Origin: Alkanindiges sp. WGS2144
Lineage (GTDB): Bacteria; Pseudomonadota; Gammaproteobacteria; Pseudomonadales; Moraxellaceae
Assembly: GCF_043950625.1 (NCBI RefSeq)
Contig: NZ_CP171007.1
DNA: 32,000 nt
Reading direction: 5' to 3' (one strand)
This document shows positions 25,575 through 32,000 of this stretch, one piece after another (within the stretch, counting starts at the first letter, position 1; the number at the start of each line of letters is the position of its first letter). The notes below the pieces were generated by a model. That model ran no database searches. It saw only the letters and a list, made by a program, of their open reading frames with translations, and had not been told where the DNA came from. The translations under genes and the position numbers were made by a program.

Positions 25575-26270
25575 ATGGGCACAGCCATGCGTCAAACCTA
25601 TTTTGTGACCGGTACAGATACCAATGTTGGTAAAACTTTTGTCAGTAGTGTGTTGCTGGCACGCGCAAAAGCACAGGGGCACTTATGCTTTGGCCTAAAG
25701 CCCATTTCAGCCGGTTGTGTACAGGATGAAGAGGAAAAGTGGCGCAGCGGAGATGCCGACCAGTTAAAACAGTATGCCAGTGTGGCGCTGGTTGAGGAGC
25801 TTATTGCCCCGATTAAGTTGCCACTGGCAACCTCACCACATATTGCAGCGCAGGCGCATGGTGAGCGTCTACAGGCTGGCCGTGTGGCAGGACATATCCG
25901 CGCAGGTTTATCGACCAGAGCCAGCCATATTCTGGTCGAAGGGGCAGGCGGCTGGCGTGTGCCTATTAATATGCAGGAAAATATTTCTGATGTGGTCAAA
26001 CTGCTGGGCTTGCCGGTCATTTTAGTAGTGGGTATTCGTCTGGGTTGCCTAAACCATGCCTTACTCACTGCCGAAGCTATTGTACGGGATGGCCTAAAGC
26101 TGGCGGGCTGGGTGGCCAATTGTTTACAGCCTGATGAGCCGTTTATGCAGGAGCAACTTGATACCTTAATAAAAAAAATACCGGCTCCTTGCCTGGGAGT
26201 GTTGCACTATCAGCCAGGTCAGCCCATGGATCCGCTAATCGAACAGGTACGCTGGCCTGCTGAGCTTTAG
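25575..26270 (+). CDS. bioD: Dethiobiotin synthase
   Basis: YFVTGTDTNVGKTFVS (P-loop-like BioD signature) and VEGAGGWRVP. AAGGAAG RBS. Confidence 0.93.
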   Translation: MGTAMRQTYFVTGTDTNVGKTFVSSVLLARAKAQGHLCFGLKPISAGCVQDEEEKWRSGDADQLKQYASVALVEELIAPIKLPLATSPHIAAQAHGERLQAGRVAGHIRAGLSTRASHILVEGAGGWRVPINMQENISDVVKLLGLPVILVVGIRLGCLNHALLTAEAIVRDGLKLAGWVANCLQPDEPFMQEQLDTLIKKIPAPCLGVLHYQPGQPMDPLIEQVRWPAEL

Positions 26271-26420
26271 AGCTAAGATGTTGGCTGTTTTGTTGAGCAT
26301 AGCACTCCATGTCATTTTTGTAATCTATGTTATTAATAGGCAAGAAAAATATAGCCTAAGCTGCTTTTCTTGCTAGGATACACTCATGCAACTGGGGTGT
26401 GATGTAATGCAGGTCACTAG

Positions 26421-27830
26421 ATGATTGAACTTAAGCCTTCTAAAAATTTTCTAAGTGATTTGCGCGATAACCAGATTGCGGCAATGTGGATGCTGATTGG
26501 CTCCAAACGCTGCTTTAACTGGATTACTCCTAACGGCTGGCAGTTTTTATTCTGGGCTATTCTCGCCTGTCTAGCCAATACCTTATTTAGCTGGCTGACT
26601 GCAGGGGGTGCAGGGCACTTTAATCTGCAGGGTCTGGTCAGTTATTTGTTATGGCCATTTATTGCCTTAATTGCGGGTATTTTTCTGGCACAGCGTAGTG
26701 GACTTGGTCGCTTACTGTTAGTGCCTGCCCTGTTATGGCTGATTGCTGATGTCAATGTGGCTTTATTGCAGAGTCTGGTGCAGTTCTTAGGACAAATTGA
26801 CCGGCTGCCGGACTGGAGCTATGGCTATCTGCCTACTATCTTTCTGGTTTTATTTGTTTGGCAAACCGTGGCGGTTTTCTGGGTGTTTGCTCGTGCTTTG
26901 CATTGGCCGTGGTGGGAACAGGCGCTTATTCTAGTAGGTATTATTCTTACCTTGACCATTTGGCAGTCATCAGTAAACAGTCAGCCAATCTGGAAGGTTC
27001 AGGAGCAGCGTATTTCTCTGCCCGAGGCGGCTATTTATGCACAGCCGCGCCTGCTGGATGATGTATTAACGCAAATGCAAAGCAGCGTGCAAGGACAAAG
27101 TAACTGGTATTTTATGGGTGTGGCCGGGGCAGGCTATCAGGATGTATTTAAATCAGAGATAGACCGCATCCAGCGTCAGTTTGATACCCGTTTTGGGACT
27201 TATGGTCGCTCAGTTGCACTGGTCAATAACAATAAAACCTTTATTAGTCAGCCTATTGCCACCAAAACCAGCATAGAACGCAGTCTGGCACGTATTGCTC
27301 AGCAAATGAATCCGGATACCGATGTGCTGTTTTTATACATGACATCGCACGGCCTGCCCAGTGTGTTTGAGCTGGCTAATGAGCCTATTGATATGCAGTC
27401 GGTTGACCCGCAATGGTTGCGTGAGGTGTTGGATCGTTCTGGTATCCGCTGGCGTGTCATTGTGATTTCCTCATGCTATTCTGGTAGTTTTGTGCCAGCA
27501 CTACAATCACCTGATACGCTGGTCATTACTGCTTCAGCTGCGGATCGTACCTCTTTTGGCTGTACCAATGAGGCAGAATATACATACTTTGGACGTGCTT
27601 TTTTTGATGAAGCATTACGCTCGCAGCGCAGTTTTAAATCTGCTTTTGAAGTAGCGACGGCTCGTATTAAACAGTGGGAAAAAGCCCAGGGGTTTGAGCA
27701 TTCACAGCCGCAGTTTAAGCTGGGTCAAAATATGGCACTGATGCTGCCGCAGTTTGAAAGTCGCCTGTTTCCACCCGAAATGCTGACTGATCCTGCAAGT
27801 CAGCCCGTAGAGGCGCCGTTGGAACACTAG
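26421..27830 (+). CDS. Membrane-anchored peptidase C13 (legumain/caspase-fold) family protein
   Basis: 469 aa. The N-terminal ~190 aa contain several Trp-rich TM segments. The C-terminal domain carries LFLYMTSHGLP (His310, nt 27348-27350) and VIVISSCYSGSF (Cys352, nt 27474-27476), i.e. the His/Cys dyad context of clan CD peptidases. Confidence 0.75.
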   Translation: MIELKPSKNFLSDLRDNQIAAMWMLIGSKRCFNWITPNGWQFLFWAILACLANTLFSWLTAGGAGHFNLQGLVSYLLWPFIALIAGIFLAQRSGLGRLLLVPALLWLIADVNVALLQSLVQFLGQIDRLPDWSYGYLPTIFLVLFVWQTVAVFWVFARALHWPWWEQALILVGIILTLTIWQSSVNSQPIWKVQEQRISLPEAAIYAQPRLLDDVLTQMQSSVQGQSNWYFMGVAGAGYQDVFKSEIDRIQRQFDTRFGTYGRSVALVNNNKTFISQPIATKTSIERSLARIAQQMNPDTDVLFLYMTSHGLPSVFELANEPIDMQSVDPQWLREVLDRSGIRWRVIVISSCYSGSFVPALQSPDTLVITASAADRTSFGCTNEAEYTYFGRAFFDEALRSQRSFKSAFEVATARIKQWEKAQGFEHSQPQFKLGQNMALMLPQFESRLFPPEMLTDPASQPVEAPLEH

Positions 27831-27863
27831 TATTTATGGACTTTAGCCATCAGGAGTTGTTTT

Positions 27864-28970
27864 ATGAAAACACGTGCAGCCATTGCCTGGGAAGCCGCCA
27901 AGCCGCTTAGTATTCATGAGGTTGATCTGGCGCCACCAAGAGCTGGTGAAGTGCTGGTAGAAATTAAAGCCACCGGGATTTGTCATACTGACTATTACAC
28001 ACTGTCCGGTGCTGATCCAGAAGGACGTTTTCCTGCTATTTTGGGTCATGAAGGGGCGGGTGTGGTGCTGGAGGTCGGTGAAGGTGTTAAAAGCCTAAAG
28101 CCCGGCGACCATGTGATTCCGCTGTATACGCCAGAATGCCGCCAGTGCAAATTTTGTTTATCGCAAAAAACCAACCTGTGTCAGGCGATCCGCACCACAC
28201 AGGGGCAGGGTTTAATGCCAGATGGTACCAGCCGTTTTAGTCTGGATGGTCAGGAAATTCTGCACTATATGGGAACCTCTACCTTTGCCAATCATATTGT
28301 AGTGCCTGAAATTGCATTGGCCAAAATTCGTGAAGACGCGCCTTTTGATAAAGTTTGTTATATTGGCTGTGGCGTGACCACAGGCATTGGCGCGGTAATT
28401 TTTACTGCCAAAGTAGAAGCAGGCGCCAATGTGGTGGTGTTTGGTTTGGGCGGTATTGGTTTAAACGTGATTCAGGGTGCCAAAATGGTTGGTGCCAACA
28501 AGATTATTGGTGTTGATTTAAACCCTGAGCGTGAAGCCATGGCACGCAAGTTTGGCATGACGCACTTTATTAACCCCTCAAAAGTTGAAAACGTGGTGGA
28601 TACCATTATTCAGTTAACTGATGGTGGTGCCGATTATTCGTTTGAATGTATTGGCAATGTGGATGTTATGCGTCAGGCACTCGAGTGCTGCCATAAAGGC
28701 TGGGGCAAAAGTATTATTGTGGGTGTGGCACCAGCAGGGGCAGAAATTGCCACGCGTCCGTTTCAATTAGTCACTGGCCGTCACTGGCTAGGTTCTGCGT
28801 TTGGCGGTGCGCGTGGCCGAACTGATGTGCCTAAAATTGTAGACTGGTATATGGAAGGCAAGCTGAATATTGACGACCTGATTACCCATCATTTAAGCCT
28901 TGATGAAATTAATAAAGGCTTTGATTTGATGAAAGCAGGCGAGTCGATTCGTAGTGTGGTGATGTATTAA
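27864..28970 (+). CDS. frmA: S-(hydroxymethyl)glutathione dehydrogenase / class III alcohol dehydrogenase
   Basis: 368 aa. [43 protein letters not shown] and GHEGAGVV are canonical class III Zn-ADH motifs. Confidence 0.95.
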   Translation: MKTRAAIAWEAAKPLSIHEVDLAPPRAGEVLVEIKATGICHTDYYTLSGADPEGRFPAILGHEGAGVVLEVGEGVKSLKPGDHVIPLYTPECRQCKFCLSQKTNLCQAIRTTQGQGLMPDGTSRFSLDGQEILHYMGTSTFANHIVVPEIALAKIREDAPFDKVCYIGCGVTTGIGAVIFTAKVEAGANVVVFGLGGIGLNVIQGAKMVGANKIIGVDLNPEREAMARKFGMTHFINPSKVENVVDTIIQLTDGGADYSFECIGNVDVMRQALECCHKGWGKSIIVGVAPAGAEIATRPFQLVTGRHWLGSAFGGARGRTDVPKIVDWYMEGKLNIDDLITHHLSLDEINKGFDLMKAGESIRSVVMY

Positions 28971-28993
28971 AAAATATAATGGCGAATAAGCTA

Positions 28994-29057
28994 CCGCCCT
29001 GTGTACTTTGCTTCGACGCTAACGCTACGATTTAAGCAGTATATAGGGCGGGTTTTT
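28994..29057 (+). terminator. Long imperfect hairpin with a T-run after frmA
   Basis: CCGCCCT (28994-29000) pairs with AGGGCGG (29045-29051). Additional imperfect inner pairing (TACTTTGCTT / AAGCAGTA) is present. GTTTTT follows, with the T-run ending at 29057. Confidence 0.55.
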
Positions 29058-29135
29058 AAAGAGTGCCGTTGTAGCAAGGTTGTAGAAAGCTGAATTATCC
29101 ATAAAATTGCCCATAATTTTGCTATGGTTTTTTTA

Positions 29136-29579
29136 TTATTTATAGTTTTTCCAATGGCCGTTTTGATGATCCCTTATTAAAGTTGCGCTTTCTCTAGGCA
29201 AACATTGACCTGACCACTGCCAAAAATCCCCTTGATCTCGGCGGTGAGTGACGTATTCAATAACCTTTGTATCCGTAGCAAATATAATCACGTTGTACGA
29301 ATCAGATTTAAGCACGGGTGTGTGGTCAGATACTTGCCAATTAAAGCCTAATACTTTGGCTGAGTTTTCATTATAAGGGCCTAAGAAACAAACCTTGGTC
29401 CATTGTTGGCCAGCAAGTTTTGAGAAATCAATTGAGGCAAACTGATTTGATTCAAGTTGCGCTGATATCTGGTTGCTCGTGGTACTGGTTTTATATTCAT
29501 TATTTGAACAGGCAGTTAACAGTACACAATACAAAAGCAGTTTCCAGCTTTTTATAACGATGTGGCTGTATGTACTCAC
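29136..29579 (-). CDS. Hypothetical lipoprotein
   Basis: 147 aa, with a signal peptide and lipobox LLTAC|SNNE. I recognised no family. Confidence 0.6.
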   Translation of the reverse strand: MSTYSHIVIKSWKLLLYCVLLTACSNNEYKTSTTSNQISAQLESNQFASIDFSKLAGQQWTKVCFLGPYNENSAKVLGFNWQVSDHTPVLKSDSYNVIIFATDTKVIEYVTHRRDQGDFWQWSGQCLPRESATLIRDHQNGHWKNYK

Positions 29580-29817
29580 TTATTTCCTCTAAATCATTTT
29601 ATTAAGTACAGCACCGTGTATATATAGTCCCACAAACCCACCCTCACCATTTGAATAGATCAGCGCGTGGTAATGCAACTTAACAATGACTTGTACGCTT
29701 GTCAGTGGTGCTAGGCAATACATGTAACAAAGGTGCTGCCTCTGGCACTGCAAGTTTAGTCAACAGGACAAGCCTGTTTGGGTGCGCTCGCTTCTATAAA
29801 ATGGTTACCGACTACGC

Positions 29818-30276
29818 CTAGTCTAGCAGCTCTACCGTCCAGTTCAATGATTGAATTTTAGTATCTAGCTCACGGTATGCCTTGGCCAAATCATCCACTT
29901 TTTTTTGCAAAGTCTTAATATCCACCGTGCTTTTAAATTTGATTTCTGAGCGGCTGTAGCGATCTTGTGTTGCTGAAGCAGCATTCACCAGTTCATCGTA
30001 CACCTTGCGCCGTGTAGCAAGTACATCGCGTTCGGCCAGTGCATCGGTCAGGGTTTTTTGTGGGTCAAATGCAGTGATGGTGTTGGTTTTATTAATGCGC
30101 TTAATTAAATCCATGAGCCCATCAGCCACCCGCTCAAATTCTTTCAGCAGTGCCTGAGGATCTTCGGCTGGTTGTTCGCCTTCTTGTACTTTGGCATTAT
30201 TGCTCAGGCGCTGGCGCAGTTGACTAATACGCGTCATATAATCGGCGCGTAAAATTAATGCTTCGGCAAGTTTCAT
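29818..30276 (-). CDS. DIP1984-family (septicolysin-like) coiled-coil protein
   Basis: 152 aa. The N-terminus MKLAEALILRADYMTRISQLRQRL and the overall helical heptad character match my memory of the DIP1984 family. Confidence 0.6.
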   Translation of the reverse strand: MKLAEALILRADYMTRISQLRQRLSNNAKVQEGEQPAEDPQALLKEFERVADGLMDLIKRINKTNTITAFDPQKTLTDALAERDVLATRRKVYDELVNAASATQDRYSRSEIKFKSTVDIKTLQKKVDDLAKAYRELDTKIQSLNWTVELLD

Positions 30277-30497
30277 GCAGTCACTCCTTTAAGTTGTATC
30301 CTGCTTGCTTAAAACAGATGAATAAGCATTAAAAATACATTGGAATGTCGTGTTTGCCTATGGTTTAAATGTAGGGCAGCGAGATGGGGTGCCGTGCAAG
30401 CCAAGTGAAGATAGGCTAGTATCAGTCTCATCGATGAGTTGCCGATACCCCTACAGGGTTAGGCGAATAAAATCCACTGTCATCACTGGTGAAAGAG

Positions 30498-31340
30498 ATG
30501 AAACAACTTTCCTCAAACCGTTGCTTTAACGGTGAGCAGCGCATTTATGAACATGAATCATCAATTGTTGGTTTACCCATGAAGTTTGGCGTGTACTTAC
30601 CGCCGCAAGCCTTAAAAAGTGAAAGCAGGGGCGAGAAATGTAAAACCCTGTTTTATCTGGCAGGACTCACCTGTACTGAAGAAACCTTTGCCATTAAGGC
30701 GCATGCACAACAATTGGCGTCCGAGTTGGGCTTTATTCTGGTGAGTCCGGACACCAGCCCGCGGGGAGATGTCGCACAAGGTGATCATTGGGATATCGGC
30801 GAAGGGGCGGGTTTTTATATTGATGCGGTGCAAGAACCATGGGCACCGCACTATAAAATGGAAAGTTACATCACTCAGGAGTTATACCAGCTGGTACAGG
30901 ATCATTTTCCCGTTGAAGCGGGCAAAGTGGGTATTTTTGGCCACTCCATGGGCGGTCATGGCGCCTTAACACTGGCATTTAAATATCCTGAACTTTACAG
31001 CTCGGTTTCTGCCTTTGCACCTATTGCAGCACCGGTTGACTGTGCTTGGGGGCAAAAGGCGTTCAGGCACTATCTGGGCAACAATGAAGAAGAATGGCAG
31101 GCGCATGATGCCAGCCGTTTAATTGCCAAAAAGGGTAAACAGTTTCAAAATATTCTGGTGGATCAGGGCACTGCTGACCAGTTTCTGGAGCAGCTTTGTA
31201 TTGATCAGCTGGAAACAGCTTGTCAGGAGTCAGGGCAGCCGATTACCCTAAGATTCCATACTGGCTATGATCATGGTTATTACTTTATTCAAAGTTTTAT
31301 GCAGGATCATTTAAACTTTCATGCGGAGCAATTGCAGTAA
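30498..31340 (+). CDS. fghA: S-formylglutathione hydrolase (esterase D)
   Basis: FNGEQRIYEHESSIVGLPMKFGVYLPPQ, the nucleophile elbow GHSMGGHGAL, and C-terminal GYDHGYYFI. The ORF track starts at GTG 30489. Confidence 0.93.
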   Translation: MKQLSSNRCFNGEQRIYEHESSIVGLPMKFGVYLPPQALKSESRGEKCKTLFYLAGLTCTEETFAIKAHAQQLASELGFILVSPDTSPRGDVAQGDHWDIGEGAGFYIDAVQEPWAPHYKMESYITQELYQLVQDHFPVEAGKVGIFGHSMGGHGALTLAFKYPELYSSVSAFAPIAAPVDCAWGQKAFRHYLGNNEEEWQAHDASRLIAKKGKQFQNILVDQGTADQFLEQLCIDQLETACQESGQPITLRFHTGYDHGYYFIQSFMQDHLNFHAEQLQ

Positions 31341-31364
31341 TAGCAATATTTAGCCCAAAAATAC

Positions 31365-31411
31365 AGCAGCGCTCTGACAAAACCTTAATTTTCTGCTAAG
31401 GTTGCGCTGCT
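31365..31411 (+). terminator. Two-tier hairpin after fghA (possible terminator)
   Basis: Outer stem AGCAGCGC (31365-31372) pairs with GCGCTGCT (31404-31411). Inner stem AACCTTA (31381-31387) pairs with TAAGGTT (31397-31403). Only a weak T-run (TTTATAG) follows. Confidence 0.4.
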
Positions 31412-31446
31412 TTATAGTGCAGAGCCAGTTGATGGAATTACCAGCC

Positions 31447-32000
31447 ATGTCAAAGAATTATTTAATTGCCCCGTCCATTTTATCTGCTGATTTTGCCCGC
31501 CTTGGTGAGGAAGTAGACAAAGTATTGGCCGCCGGGGCGGATGTGGTGCACTTTGATGTGATGGACAACCACTATGTGCCGAACCTGACTTTTGGTGCAG
31601 GTGTGTGTAAAGCGCTTAAAAATTATGGCATTACAGCACCCATTGATGTGCACTTAATGGTGAGCCCGGTAGATCGTATTATTGGGGATTTTCTGGAGGC
31701 TGGGGCAGATATTATTACCTTTCATCCCGAAGCATCGAGTCATATTGACCGTTCCTTGCAACTGATCAAGTCAGGCGGGGCCAAGGCGGGTCTGGTATTT
31801 AACCCGGCCACGCCACTGCATTATCTGGATTACGTACTGGACAAGGTAGACCAGATTTTACTAATGAGTGTCAACCCGGGCTTTGGTGGGCAAAAATTTA
31901 TTCCCATGACGCTGGAAAAGCTGAGGGAAACCCGCAAGATTATTGATGACAGTGGCTTTCATATTCGCCTTGAAGTGGATGGTGGTGTATCAGCGCAAAA
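31447..32000 (+). CDS. rpe: Ribulose-phosphate 3-epimerase, 5' part (runs off the window end)
   Basis: My own translation from ATG 31447 gives [50 protein letters not shown]..., the canonical Rpe N-terminus. There is no stop before base 32000. Confidence 0.92.
   Translation, partial: MSKNYLIAPSILSADFARLGEEVDKVLAAGADVVHFDVMDNHYVPNLTFGAGVCKALKNYGITAPIDVHLMVSPVDRIIGDFLEAGADIITFHPEASSHIDRSLQLIKSGGAKAGLVFNPATPLHYLDYVLDKVDQILLMSVNPGFGGQKFIPMTLEKLRETRKIIDDSGFHIRLEVDGGVSAQ

Noticed and set aside
25598-26119. 173-aa ORF antisense to bioD.
   Set aside because: It is entirely embedded in the confidently identified bioD gene. Its translation is Arg/Pro/Ser/Thr-rich with no recognisable motif and no RBS. 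It is a typical shadow ORF in a locally GC-rich gene.
26340-26373. Inverted repeat GCAAGAAAA (26340-26348) / TTTTCTTGC (26365-26373) after bioD, considered as a terminator.
   Set aside because: The stem is AT-rich, the loop is 16 nt, and no T-run follows. It is too weak to call as a terminator, although it may still have some role.
30384-30460. A GGGGTGCCG...CGATACCCC stretch upstream of fghA that looked like a possible small structured RNA or tRNA-like element.
   Set aside because: No cloverleaf can be drawn: there is no T-loop GTTCRANYC and no D-loop signature. Only the terminal 5-bp complementarity is present. It is most simply the fghA promoter/leader region.

Overview
The window looks like a chromosomal segment from a Moraxellaceae/Acinetobacter-like gammaproteobacterium. 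That assignment is an inference from gene order and my memory of homologous loci; no database search was possible. Left block (1-7622): the 3' end of a transglutaminase-like gene, then ibaG(bolA-family)-murA-hisG-hisD-hisC, a Uma2-family endonuclease gene, and a convergent pabB. Centre (7905-19102): an 11.2-kb, nine-gene, single-strand cluster, which is the main item of interest. It encodes four tandem paralogous Sec-exported Gly/Asn/Asp/Thr-rich proteins with an invariant mature N-terminus. These are followed by a stand-alone C39-type cysteine peptidase, two unrelated outer-membrane beta-barrels, an exported protein with an S/T/P-rich linker, and a 660-aa lipoprotein. There is no ATPase, chaperone/usher or prepilin component. 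From memory it matches the functionally uncharacterised filABCDEF 'putative pilus system' locus of Acinetobacter. Its component logic parallels the Pseudomonas Fap functional-amyloid export system. Right block (19174-32000): two divergent NUDIX hydrolase genes, a gamma-carbonic-anhydrase-like gene, two hypothetical genes, tsaB, uppP, rsmJ, bioC-bioD and a membrane-anchored C13 peptidase gene. After these come the formaldehyde-detoxification genes (class III ADH and S-formylglutathione hydrolase), separated by two opposite-strand genes, and the 5' part of rpe. I recognised no rRNA, tRNA, CRISPR array, IS element or integrase. All family assignments rest on motifs read by eye from the supplied translations.
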